A DNA stretch of 63,442 nt, counting the filler, from Pelomyxa schiedti (taxonomy: Eukaryota; Protista; Evosea): assembly GCA_020536535.1 (NCBI GenBank). It is 8 parts of 8 records of this genome, joined end to end, with 100 filler letters (N's around TTAATTAATTAA, not from the genome) between each part and the next. Parts side by side here need not be neighbours in the genome. Positions count along the whole stretch, not along the records: positions 44,263 to 59,182 come from JAHLWZ010001161.1; positions 59,283 to 62,154 come from JAHLWZ010001865.1; 6 more parts are not named here. The stretch is one strand, 5' to 3'. The position numbers were made by a program, and so were the translations under genes. Below are positions 48,449 through 61,178 of this stretch, piece by piece (the stretch's first letter is position 1; every line of letters starts with the position of its first letter). The notes beneath the pieces were generated by a model, which did not search any database, had not been told where the DNA came from, and saw only the letters and a program-made list of their open reading frames with translations.

Positions 48449-51400
48449 TTAATGGAACATTTGGAGCATGCGGTAGGTGACGTAGAACCCACCGGCAATG
48501 TTGATGGTTGCAATGGATGTGGCGATGGCTCCCAGAACAACCGAGACTGAGAGCTGTGAGAATGGTGCGAGCTCAAGCATGCCACCAACGACGATGATAC
48601 CAGAAATGGCGTTGGTCTCAGACATGAGTGGTGTGTGGAGTGCTGGTGTGACTGACCAGATGACGTGGTACCTGACAACAGCGTTAGCGGGAACAAAGGT
48701 AGACACCGGATAAACACATACCCGACAATGATGGCGAGAACGAAGTCCATGAAGTGGGTAATGAAGCCATAGGGTACGAAGAAGATCATAAGAGACAGGA
48801 GAAGACCAAGAGAGGCAAGGACGGCAGCTGTGACCCAGGTGTAGCCCTCCTCGACCTTTTCCTCGTGCTTGGTTACGGGGGGTGCTGGCTTCTTGGGACC
48901 CGCTGCGGAGACTTGGACTGGTGGTGGTGGGAAGAGCATCTCTCCATCCTTGCAGGCGGTCATTTGGCGGATGCTATCGTCGCGAATGTCTACGTTGAAC
49001 TTGGCAGCATCACCTCCCATCATGGCGAGGAGCTCCCTGAGGTTCTGGCTGTAAAGGGAGGAAGCTTGAGCAGCCATACGAGAGACGAGATCGGTGTCAC
49101 CAATGATAACAACATTGTTGTAGACGATGGTCTTGCCGGGCACAGTAAGCTCGCAGTTTCCACCAGTGCCAGCTGCAAGATCGACGATGACTGAGCCAGG
49201 TCTCATTGACTCGACCATGGGCTTGGTGATCATGATAGGTGCTTTCTTGCCGGGGATGGCGGCTGTGGTAATGATTACATCAACGCCTGGGCAGGTCCTG
49301 GCGAAGAGCTCCATCTCGGCCTTGATGAAGGCAGGAGAGGGTCCCTTGGCATAACCACCGGCGCCTTCAGCATCTTCGTCGATGTCAACAGGGAGGAACT
49401 CGCCACCCATGGACTCGATTTGCTCCTTGACGCTCTTGCGGATATCAAAGGCCTTGACGACGGCACCCAAGCTCTTTGCAGTACCGATGGCAGCAAGGCC
49501 TGCAACACCAGCGCCGATCACGAAGACTACGGCTGGGGGCATCTTGCCGGCAGCGGTGATTTGCCCAGTGAAGAGTCTGCCAAAGCTGTGGCTGGCCTCA
49601 ATAACGGCACGATAACCAGCAAGGTTGGACAGAGAGGAAAGGGCATCAAGCTTCTGGGCCTTGGAGGTTCGGGGAACCATGTCCATAGCGACAACGGTGA
49701 CACCCTTAGCGTGCATTGCCTTAAGGTTATCAGCATTCCTGCAAACGTATTAGTCGGTTGAAAAGTACCTAAACTTCAAACCTTCCGGGGTAGAAGAAAG
49801 AAATGAGTGTCTGGCCATGGCGAAGCATTCCCATTTCATCGGGGGTTGGGGGCTGGACCTTCAAAAGAACATCGGCAATTTCGTAGACTGCAGATGCACT
49901 ATCGACAATGCGGCATCCGTGAGAAATGAAGAGTTCGTCAGGGAAGGCGGCAGCAGCACCAGCACCGGATTCAATGACAATGCCGAATCCCTTCTTGCGG
50001 AGTTGAAGAGCTGTCTGAGGGGTAAGGGCAACCATCCTCTCAAGGGGAGTGACCTCCTTTGGTACACCAAGTATGCGAACGGATGCTGGAAGCTGGCTAA
50101 GATCAATTTTTTCTAGTTTCAAGTGAGATGAAAGAAGAACCAAGCGCAAAAACAAACCTTCCTGACCAGCCATCAGAGGGGTGTTCTCATCTGAGCCCTT
50201 CTTTGGCTTCTCGGCTTCGACTTTGTGCTTGCGGAGCTCCTCCAACAAGGAGTCGAAGGCCTTCTTGGCATCACCAAAGAACATTCTGGTGTTTTCGTAG
50301 TAGAAGAGTGGGTTATCAATTCCAGCATAACCACTGGCCATGCTTCTCTTGTTAACAAGGGTGAGCTTGCTCTTGAAGCACTCAATGATGGGCATGCCAG
50401 CAATTGGGCATGTTGGGTCGGTAAGAGCGATCGGGTTGACAATATCGTTGGCGCCAACAACAACGCAAACATCAGTCTTGGGCATATCGTCGTTGATTTC
50501 CTCCATGGAAAGCACGATGTTGTATGGTACGTTTGCTTCAGCCAAGAGTACGTTCATGTCTGTCACCCATTTAGAACCAAAGAAACAGTTCGCAAGTACA
50601 CACGGCCAGGGAGACGCCCAGCGACAGGGTGAATTGCAAAGCGAACATTCTTGCCCATTCCACGAAGAATGGTTACAATCTCAGCAACAGCGTGTTGACC
50701 ACGAGCAACGGCAAGACCGTATCCAGGGATGAAGACAATATCCTGAGCAGCAAGAAGAGCTTCGGCTGTTTGGACAGCATTGAATTCTTTGTACTGAAGA
50801 AATTAGAAAAATGTTATGTCATAAAGCACAAACCTCACGTGAGACACCATCGTCCTTGGCAGCAACAACTGAGACCTCTCCACCAAAACCTCCCATAATG
50901 ACACTGACGAAGCCTCTGTTCATGGCAGCACACATAATGTAAGACAGAATAGCACCACTGCTGCCGACGAGGGCACCAGTTACAATCATGGCATCGTTGT
51001 TGAGCATGAAACCGGAAGCAGCTGTGGCCCAACCACTGTAGGAGTTGAGCATAGAAACGACGACGGGCATATCAGCACCACCGATAGCCATAACAAGGTG
51101 CCAGCCAACAAAGAACGCAATCAAAGTCTCAGTAAGGAGGAGGGCCTGTCTGGAAATAAGAAAGAAAGAAAGAAAAAAAAAGAACTGTCGCACCAAGCGC
51201 ATCGTCTCGTTATTCCAGTAGGCAACATAGATGAAGCAGAAGAGGCAGCAAACGCCAACGGAAACAGCGTTGATAACGTGTCGACCCCATCCCCAGATGA
51301 TGAGGGGGTTGCTGCGGATCTTTCCCTCGAGCTTGCCACAGGCAACAACTGAACCAGTGAAGGTGATGGCACCAATGAAAACGCCAATGAATGTTTCGAG

Positions 51401-51835
51401 GGATTCGATGATGACCATGTTGTTCCACTCGGTAAGTTGACCCTGGTGCAACAAGTTTGCAACACCAACCAAGACTGCTGCAAGACCAACGAAGCTGTGA
51501 AGTGCAGCAACAAGTTGTGGCATGGAGACCATGGCCACCTTGTGGGCAACAAGGAGACCAAAGGAGGCTCCTGGAATGACGCAAAGCCAGAACATCACGT
51601 CTCCACTGAACTCAGCCCTAAAGATTGAAGGGTTACGAAGTTATACGAAAAACCAAAAAAAAAAAAATATGGAAAAATACCTATCGGCAAGGGTAGCGCC
51701 GAGAGCAATGGCCATACCGATCATTCCCAGGAAGTTGCCCCACTTGGCCTTCTTCTGGCTGGCAAGTCCTGCCAGGGCCAGGATGAACAGAATACTCACA
51801 GCAACGTATGACACTGGTGTCACGTTCTCGATCAT
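48449..51835 (-). CDS. NNT: NAD(P) transhydrogenase, single polypeptide in beta-alpha order
   Basis: Beta: [43 protein letters not shown]. Alpha follows: [45 protein letters not shown]. Confidence 0.97.
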
Positions 51836-52269
51836 CTACCGTAACAAAAAAAAAAAAGAAAAACCAACAGTCAGACTACGCCCAAACAACCAACTACGAA
51901 TGTGGTGTGTCGCGCTGTGGTTGTTGTCGCAATTTCGGGGTTGGTGTCGCATCTACGGTACCTCGTCGTGATCTCCTTGTTGTTCAACAAAAGTGATAAA
52001 AAAGAAAAAGGAACCAAAAAAGCTAAAAGCCCGAAGCCGAAAATAACTTAAACGTCATTTTTCAGTTGCAGACTGGAAGAACTGGCACAAATATATCGAA
52101 TGAAGATTGTTGATGTCTCCATCTCGCACTTTTCTCCTTAGTGGTTGACAGTCACACACAGAGTTCTCAGGTCCAGGTCTCCTCACCGTGTATTAGTTGT
52201 TTGATTAGGGTTCTTTTCATCAAAGGGGCTCAGAACCAAATACTTGGATTACAAAGAGGGCGAAAGTAC

Positions 52270-52740
52270 ATGACGCGAGGCAAACAGAAGATACAGGCGC
52301 AAGCCAAAGCGTATGTGTCTGTGTTATGGGTTAAGCGGGGTGTTGTTGTTATCATCAGGGGAATTGCGTGTAGCAACAACAATGCAATTTCTGATGAAAA
52401 AAAAAAACATGACTCTGACACTGAACGGTTTTTATTTGTTATTTTGTTATTTTTTTTTTGTTTGTTTGTTTCTTTGCAGGCACGAGAAATTGGAGAAAAA
52501 GAGGACTGCTGCAGCACATGAAAAGCCAGAGATGAAGTCATCTGCATGTGTACAGTGCACCATATGCAAAGCAACCTTTTTGGCGCAGTCTTCATCAGTT
52601 TGTTTCCAAATAGTACAACCAACCACTAATAACAAACCAAAAAACAAAAGACAAAACCATTCGTCGACCACCTGAACAGCAGGCACCCAAAAGCAACTCT
52701 GAACCAACTATTCCCACACTTGTCCGGTTCTTCCTCTTAG
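52270..52740 (+). CDS. ZNF706/SERF-like small zinc-finger protein
   Basis: Three exons: MTRGKQKIQAQAKA|HEK...CTICKATFLAQSSS|TKPFVDHLNSRHPK...*. Confidence 0.88.
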
Positions 52741-53084
52741 AAACCGTGCAACAGGTTTTATGTTGACATAGCTTTTTTTATGTTTGATGTAGTGTTCATT
52801 CAAGGACAAATAGACAAAATTCTGCTTATCCCCAACAAGCTTGCTGTGTCCCTCACTCTTTCTTTACTGCCCCAATCACCCAACTGTACCCCACTGATTC
52901 TCTCAAATTCATGTCACCGTGACTCCCTTGTAAGTTTTCGAGAGGTGAATCAGAAAACTTCCACAAATCAATGGAACTTCTTTCTTTTCTTCTTATCTTC
53001 CTATCCCCGAAGTGCCATTCAATTCTTGCACACCTCCACATATCAACACACAAACACAACGCATAAGGGCCGACAACACCCTCA

Positions 53085-55453
53085 ATGGGGCCTCTCGTTC
53101 TCCTCGCCCTGATATCCATAATCACGCTGGATTCAGCCAAAACCACTTCCGTAAGTGACACCATACCCGATACTACTACCAGTAGTACTTCCAGTGGTAG
53201 TACCAGTGGCACCTCGTATTCATATTCATCATCGTCGCCCTCATTGGTATCAGAACCACCATCGTCTTCGATTGCAAGCAAGGACACCGCCAGTGATAAT
53301 GATGCATCATCGTACGACGACGAACAGTCAGATATGATGTGGAAGAAGGTGGAGGCGGAGGCGCTGTGTGATTTGTACAGGTCACTCATGCCTGTTGCTG
53401 CGTGGACCGTGGACATATGTGTCGAGTTCCCTGATGAACCCCCGTGCGACATTGTGGATTCCGATTTCGGTGGTATCACGTGCAATGACTTGGGTCACGT
53501 TTGGTTAATGTATGCATAAGCATGTCTGTGTCTGCGTATGTGTGAGATTGGATGGTAGCCTTTATTTTTTTTTTCGGAGGATTCTTGGTGCTTAATTGTG
53601 TTACTTATGGAATGGTGAAGAGACCTTTCGACACAGGCAACACAGGTTGGTACAATTCCAGCATCTTTGGGAAACTTGTCCCAGCTCCATAGCTTGTATG
53701 TAGGGCCAGCTTTCTTTAAATCTAAACTTCCTAAGATCCCTTCCACACAACAAAATTAATGGAACAATCCCAGCCAGTTTAGCAGTGCTCCCGAATCTCT
53801 CGCTCTTGTGTGCTGCCATATACTGCCTGGAAATTCACAAATATAACATTTCGCAGGGATCTGGGTGACAATGACATATCTGGAGAATTCCCTTACTTTA
53901 ATTGTACTCAGATGAGTAGCTTGTACCATCCAGCTGCCATGACTTCCTTCTTTTTGACAAAGGCGTAGAACTGTTTCAGAGAATTTCCTGAGTGGCACGG
54001 TACCTGCATGCTTCACAATAATGCCGAATTTATTCTCGATGTATGAGGAAAAAATTACCTTCGATATCTTCTGAGAATGCCAAATTAGTGCCTTATACGA
54101 CAATCACTTGGAAGGAACTCTACCTCCGCTGCCTTCTGCTCTTCACTCGATGTGGGCGTATTTCTCCTTTGTTGAATTAAATTAATGTGCAGAACTGTTG
54201 GACATAACAACTTTACTGGATCTGTTGATGCTTTTATGAATCAGCCCTATTTATTGACTGTGTATCCCTCCTCCATTATAATGTAAAACTAACAAAAAAA
54301 GGTCTCTTGACAACAATTCGTTCTATGGAACACTTCCAAGTTCTTTGAGTTTGTTGACAAGTTTACAAACCCTGTATATCAACCCTTACTTACGAAACTT
54401 ACGCGATTGAATCAGTTCTGCATCACACAACTTCTTGACTGGAACCCTTCCCACAGAGTTATTCACACAAAAAATTGCTTATATGTATGTACTACCTTGC
54501 TTCACTTCTCACTGTACGCAGGTACCTGAATCATAATTACTTCTCTGGATCTCTGCCAGACGTTGCACCATCAACGAAAACCACCTTAATGTGTTTTTCA
54601 ACCAATAGGTCTTTTCCTCACCATTTTGTCAGAAACCTTTCAAACAATCTCTTGAGTGGCAGTATACCACAATCTTTCATAAATGCTACAAGATTGAAAC
54701 AACTGTAATTTACGTTAAGCTTCCTCTGGAGACTTATCACTGTACAGGTACCTAGCCTTTAACTCTTTTGTTGGTGAAGTTCCTGTTCCAAATTCCCCGA
54801 GGCTTCATACTATGTAGAGATTCACTATCATTTCATTTTCTCATTTTTACAGAGATCTCTCCTCAAATATGTTTTCTGGAACAATTCCATCATATACGTT
54901 GGTTCGCTGTCCACAGCTTTCTAATATGTTTGTTCTGTGTTTCCTTCCTACCAAATCTTAGCCTCCCAGAAATATGAGTAATAACCTTCTCTCCGGCACA
55001 ATTGACAGCCTCAACTCAAGTTACATCTTTCAACTGTATTACACAATCGAACGTTGTTCTATTTTCACTAAAACACCACCAGAGATCTGAGAAACAACTA
55101 CCTAACAGGAACACTCCCATTCTACATTTCGGAGCAAAAAGTGCTCTTTTGGTAATAGTTCTCTCTTTCAAACTCCCTCTCTAAATCAAACAAATATAAT
55201 ACACAACATACATAGCTTTCTAGATGAGAATTGCTTTGATTGCCAAACCAGTACAACCTGCAACTGCAACAACACCAGACCCACAACGCAGTGCCACCCG
55301 TCATCATCCTCACTATCACAACCATCTTTCATCGGTATTTCCTCTCAAGAACTACCACTGTCACAATCCACCTCAATTGGATCATCCATACACCACTATT
55401 CCATCACGGCGGCATTTCTTGTGTGCATACAAGGCATTCTGTTGTTTGTATAA
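53085..55453 (+). CDS. Secreted LRR surface protein, probably GPI-anchored
   Basis: Signal peptide, Ser/Thr/Asp linker, LRRNT-like ALCDLY..W..C...GITC, many single-repeat exons (NxLxGxIP), and a hydrophobic C-terminus. Confidence 0.8.
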
Positions 55454-55561
55454 AAACAACATGTACGAGAGTAGAGCATTCTCGTACCAGAAAACTAAAA
55501 TGATTTCCTCGTAACTACAATGCAATAAACGACCTTTCAAAATTTTGAATCTTTTTTTAAT

Positions 55562-57014
55562 TCAGGGCTTTCTATTGCCTTTTTTCTTGGCGTTACTGAA
55601 CCCTCCTTTTCTTGGTTTCTTTGGTTGAGGTGGTTTATTCACTGGTACTTTGCTGAATTTGCTACGCGGCTTAATTTTAATGCCTGAGAGAATATAACCA
55701 CTAGCATCGTTCATGTGTGTGTTGGGGTGGGTAGCCTGTGGCATAAGCTGGGTGTTTTGTTTATTTTTTTGGTTGAGACTAGCATTTACTTTAGAGAAAT
55801 CTTTGTTATACCTGGAAATCGCGTTTCCACGTTTCTGAGAGCTGAAGCTCACAGGACACAGGGAGAAGAAATTCGTGAAGTTCCGTCAATTCCTACGGGA
55901 ATAAAAGTTCAAAGGATTTTCGGGAAATATCATAGGTAAAAATAGACTTCACACCTGTATGAAGGGGCTGTAGAATGCGAAATAGCCTGCTGGTTTGAGA
56001 TGCCGTAGCAATGCCTTTGCAATTTCCAGTGGTGCATGTGTCGTGGCAACAACCAAGCAATCACAGTTACAAGCGGGAGATGGGGGTGGCAGGGATAACT
56101 CGGGTATCACAGGGCAAAGTTCAGACCATGTCATTTGTTGGGTTTTCGCCAATTTGGTTGGGGGAAATAACTGCCAAAATGGGAGAACTGTCGCAGTACT
56201 TTCCTCAGGGAGAAGGGCGTGCAAGACTCTTCCTTTCCCACTTCCTGCATTTATATTAGTGAGACTTCGTAATTAATTTGACAGGGTTAAAACACGAAAC
56301 TCGGTATAAACTTGAAGGATTAATGAGAGGGAACCATTACCTGAGATTCTCTCAGCAACGGATAGCAGCAGCAATCCTTGGCACGATTCACAAACCATTG
56401 TTGTGCTGCCCGAGTGTACATTCGCAGAATACAGAAGGCGGCCAAGTGTGTCAGGTCTTATGCACCTGCCCCGTGAACATTACATTAGTTTCCAGCTTCA
56501 GTTTCAAGTTCAATAAAGTCAAGTACAAAGTTTCCAGCAGAATTTTAGGGAAACGAGCAGTTGCCAGAACATGTGCCGATGGTCTCAATGCTCTGACCAG
56601 AAACACACACCTTTTTTTTTTTATTTTTGTTTTTTAATTGTGCATGTATAGGACCTCCACTTTCCAAGTAGGAAGAAGATACATGTTGTTCTTCATCGTG
56701 CATTCGCCATTGGAGTCCGACCCGCTCGGCACCATTTCACACACGACCGCGCGCCTTGCACCATGGCTTGCTTCATCGGCGGCGGTGGCGGGGTTTTCGC
56801 CGAGTTCAGCCGCGTCCACGGCCACGGTGAGGCAGCAGCCCACGCGGCACCCGGCCACGATCCCCGCCTTCATCCTCAGCGGCGCGCTGGTGGTGACGAC
56901 GTGAGCAAGCGAGTCGGGTTGCAGGCTGTCAACCACTGCAAAAGCCTCTGTGGTGTCAGGTGACCGAACAACAAGCACCACGGCATCACCCACACAAAAC
57001 ACTCCTTCGTCCAT
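55562..57014 (-). CDS. TRM6: tRNA m1A58 methyltransferase non-catalytic subunit (Gcd10)
   Basis: IRPDTLGRLLYSANVHSGSTTMVCESCQGLLLLSVAER, LKPAGYFAFYSPF, THPNTHMNDASGYILSG. Confidence 0.88.
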
Positions 57015-57162
57015 GGGTAAAGAAGGATTTTGTTTGTGAGCAATGGTGCTTTTTGCTCCGCGTACGCTACTACAGTTCTGGGTCTCTTTGTTTGTTGTTG
57101 TGCCAGAGAAGTTGCAGATAGAGATAGAAAGAGCAACCCGCCTTACGCCACTGAAAATTAAA

Positions 57163-58567
57163 AAATCCCACAATTTAGACCACTAACAAAACCAAGCCAA
57201 TCCAGGAGTTTTTTGGCGATTGGTGGGGTTTGATGAGGTTGGACCAAGTGGGTTGGATAGCCCCCCATGTCTTCCTCCCATCAATTGTACACACTATAAA
57301 AGAAGAATTTTTTTTCCCAGTGGTGGGATCGGAAATCGGATTCTTGCGAATGTGGTCGCGTCTCCTAGCGACCACTTATGTGTGAGACTGCCATCAAGGG
57401 CTGGCCCTAGTTGTACCAGATGTGCCTCACACTGCTGTAGTGATTGCAGCGACTTCTGCTTGAACTCATGGGAACTTGCCTGATCAGGGTGAACATCGAG
57501 CACACGACCAACCACCCCCACAGGTTGTGCTGAATGGGCTCAAAAGGGCACAATTCCACAACCCACAAAAACAGAGACGACAGGCAGCTCCAATTCTGAT
57601 TTCGAACTGAAGTGTTTTCCAGTTTGACTCAAGTCGGTGAATATTATCGCAGGAGCCAACATCCTCCACATAAGTTTGCGCTCCATGCAACACAAAGAGC
57701 CATGGATCATCCACTTGAGAATGCGCCTTCTGCAAATCAGCGATGGAAAGTGATGAGGAATACCACGAGAGGATCGTCTGGAGTGCAAAAAATGTGCTTG
57801 TTGAGTTTTCTGTAACCAATGTCAGGTTGAAGGTCACCGCCTTGATTATGAATTGGATGTGGTGGTTTTTTGGAGGGAGGATGAGAAGACAGCAGCCTTT
57901 TCATGAAGTTTTCAGGAGATGATGGGAAAAGTAAGACCTTCGTGAAGCAAATTGTCACAGACCCAATTGTTGGAGGTGTGTTGTGGGGGTGAATATCAGC
58001 CGGGCATCCTTTCTGAGGGACACAAGTGGGAACAGCAGGGTCTTCAGAGAGATTGTAAAAATGAGAACCAACTAAACTTGCCAGCTTTATGTTTACCTCA
58101 GCAAGAATCACAGGCTGGGAGGCCAAGTAAAAAAATGAGGGGATTGTTGTTCTCACACAGCTTTGAGGATAAGGCACAAGCTGCCAGGATATTCTCATGT
58201 GTTAACTCCACCATGCGGTGTGCTGCCACAGGGGGTCACCCTGATATTTGCAGGGACCAGCTCCTTCCAGACAGTACTCCTTCAAAACCTTCAGTACCGC
58301 AGTGTTGAGTATGGCATCCAACAGTAAAGAGTGTTTCCTTGATGCTTGTGAGGTTCTGCTGGAAGTTTCTTCTGGACCCCGTTGGTCTTGTATTAGTATT
58401 ATCCCTTGCACTTTGCACCCATTTTAAGGGTGGCCCCTCCACAACAGGGAAGGGCTGTGAGCCTGCTTGGTCCGACCTCATCAAACCCCCCTCCAATCTC
58501 CGGAAATCTCTTCGGCTGGCTTGGTGTTGTTAACGCTGATTTTTCGGTGGGATAAATTGTGGGATTT
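57163..58567. mobile_element. Degenerate non-coding element with ~110-bp terminal inverted repeats
   Basis: AAATCCCACAATTTA and GGGGTTTGATGAGGT(T/C)GGACCAAG are inverted at both ends. No TSD seen. Confidence 0.6.
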
Positions 58568-58788
58568 CACCTACAATTGGGGAGAAGGAAAAAAAATGCT
58601 GTTACTCGTTGGGTACTTGCAACCACTTGAAATTACCCCGTTACGTGTTATGTATTCATCGGCGTGGTTGGTAGATTGCCTTGCGGGGAATTTTGGGGTC
58701 ATTGGCCGAACTGGAACAATTGTGACCATACAGGTGGAGGTGGTGTCGGTGTTACACATATTGGAGATCTTACTTGCGGTTCTGATGT

Positions 58789-59182
58789 TTAGAATACCAT
58801 CTCCAATTTCTTTCTAGCAACTTGTTGGGTTTTACCTCGTGCACGTTTCGGCATCTTTGGTTTCGCTTTTGCATTAGGCGGTTTCTGTTTCCTTGTGGTG
58901 GCTTGCCTTGCCTTCTTGTATGCTTCTTTTCTCTCATCTCCTTCCATGACCTTAGCATCGACTTCTTCCTTTGTCATCCAAGTTGAATTTTTGATAGACA
59001 ATCCTTCCCATTTGACTCTGAATTTCAAAACTCCATCTATCACCTTTGCTGATGTAATTCCCTCTTGTTTCATCACCGGTTCTTGTGGTATCTCATACTT
59101 TTGCTCTTCTTCAGCCGCTTTAACTCTAAGCTCACTATCCAGATACGGCTTGAGTCTATCAATATGAATTACTGGGTGTATT
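58789..59182 (-). mobile_element. Ty3/Gypsy chromovirus-type integrase C-terminus (SH3/GPY-F region plus chromodomain)
   Basis: IHPVIHIDRLKPY followed by YEI...DGVLKFRVKWEGLSIKNSTW. 5' end runs into a gap. Confidence 0.75.
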
Positions 59183-59282
59183 NNNNNNNNNNNNNNNNNN
59201 NNNNNNNNNNNNNNNNNNNNNNNNNNTTAATTAATTAANNNNNNNNNNNNNNNNNNNNNNNNNNNNNNNNNNNNNNNNNNNN

Positions 59283-61178
59283 TTGTGCTGGTGGTTGTTG
59301 TGGTGGAAGTTTGATTGTCGTTCGGTTGTAGCTCACTGACACAAACACCAATCATCCGGATATCTTCTACCTTCCATAAGTTAAGGAGCTCAGCATCAAG
59401 TTGCTGCAAAGCTAGGAGAGTAAGGTCTTCCTTTGCACTAATTCCCCTACGTGGAGTAAGGTGACAACAGTTGAGTGCTTGTAACTTACTGGCTTAGTGC
59501 CACAGAAGAATTCCTCACCTCAAAGTCTTGAGACTTTACTTTCACAGTCAACTTAAGAGCCTTTTGCAGAGAAGTCACATCTTGGTTGAAATTCATCTTT
59601 GAAACCTGAGACTGTAGTCTACTTAGCTCAGAGGCGATAATGGAGCATAAATCTGCGCAACAATCATGAAGCTCATCCAGTGAGAGGAAGTCGCGCAGGG
59701 TACGCTCCCGTGATATACTTCTATGCACGCGGCCTCTAAATCAAATTAATTGCATAAACAAAGGAACCACAAAAAAAACCTTTGCGATTTAGATGCCACC
59801 ACACCGAGCCATATTTGTACAAACCAAAGGAACACAGAACCGGGAAAAAGTTGAAAAATAACTTCACGGGCTAGTGCAAGTTGCCCGCACTTCGTTATTC
59901 CTAGAGTTTGCAGCATGCGTTCCATCACCTTGTGGAAGGTTAGCGTGGAAAAATGAAACAGTGGGGGAAACGTGGTACCTTCCCAATGCCAGGGACTTTC
60001 CTTATTGGTAAGTCTGCCATGAACAGTATGATGTCGGCACTGTTGGCGGTCATCAGATATATTCCATTAGGTTTGCGAATTTCAGCACAGATCTTGTTGT
60101 GAATTATTTGTATGGAGAACATTTCTGGGCTTACCTTACCTTGGCCAGAGTGTTTGTAGTGGCAATACCAACACTACAAGTAAGGTGTGTTTCCCTTTTT
60201 TTAATAGTTTTAGCTAGGTTTTCTTACGAGCAACTAGTAACCTCAAAATGTCTTCTTTAATTCTAGAAGCTACATTAAGCGGATCAATTGAGTTCAGAGT
60301 ACAATAGTTCGAGATGTTAAGGGAAGCTTCGTCAAGGGAGAGCATCTAGGATACTGAGTAAATTGTAGAATTGACCTAGGTACCTGGTGAGAGGGATCAT
60401 ATCTTGACAAAATGGAAGATATAACACCACTTATTTGGTGATATCTTTCCATTCGTAGAGGAACGATTTCCAAAGCTGGACATAGCTGCAGTGCAATGAA
60501 GCCTGCAGTAAATCAGAGGAGAACCAAAACAAAAGTTGTGAGCAACCAGGTAAACCGGCACGTACACCAAACCGCCGAGCTTCATATGAACTTGTGGCTA
60601 GCATATCCATACTACCGACTGCTATGGGCTTACCTTCCAGTTCTGGATTGTCTGGGAAAGTGTGATAAGTTGTATGGAAAATTGAAGAAAAAACCTGCTA
60701 TCTCTATGGAAGCATAAAACGCTGTATTATTGTTAATTTGGAGGTATATATTGAGGGATAAGTGCCATCCATATCCAGGTGCAACCAAGATTGGGACAAG
60801 TCCCGGGATGCCTCCACAGAGGAAACAATTTCGTCTATATGTTGAAGCATCTTGTAAGATTGGCTCAGGAGGGAAAGCGTAGCAAAAAAAAAGGAAGTTG
60901 TGGAAAGCTAAAGATACTTCAGGAGGAGTTGGTGGTAAAGTGTCCAATTTACGAAGAAGCTCATCGGCACGCTGTTGCAACACAGAGTCCTTTTTTTGTT
61001 CGTTCCTGAAGAAACGAGTGTTCTAGAGACAAAAAGAATAAGGACACTACACTAAACGTAACTAACAACATGCCTTGGACAGTTGGTATATAAATTCGTT
61101 TGTCTCATCAAGATCTAGATCTTGCATCCCAGCCTTGCGGGTAACCGCGAACTGCTGCTTGCCATTCAACAACTCCAT
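59283..61178 (-). CDS. POLK: DNA polymerase kappa (Y family/DinB); 3' end in a gap
   Basis: KAGMQDLD...SK|NTRFFRNE, LHLDMD|AFYASIE, NPELEGKPIAVGSMDMLATSSYEARRFGVRAG, LPIRKVPGIGKV, RSISRERT. Confidence 0.93.

Noticed and set aside
58789-61178. Pol kappa-chromodomain fusion
   Set aside because: The parts are separated by a linker gap, and the chromodomain is preceded by a Gypsy integrase motif (IHPVIHIDRLKPY).
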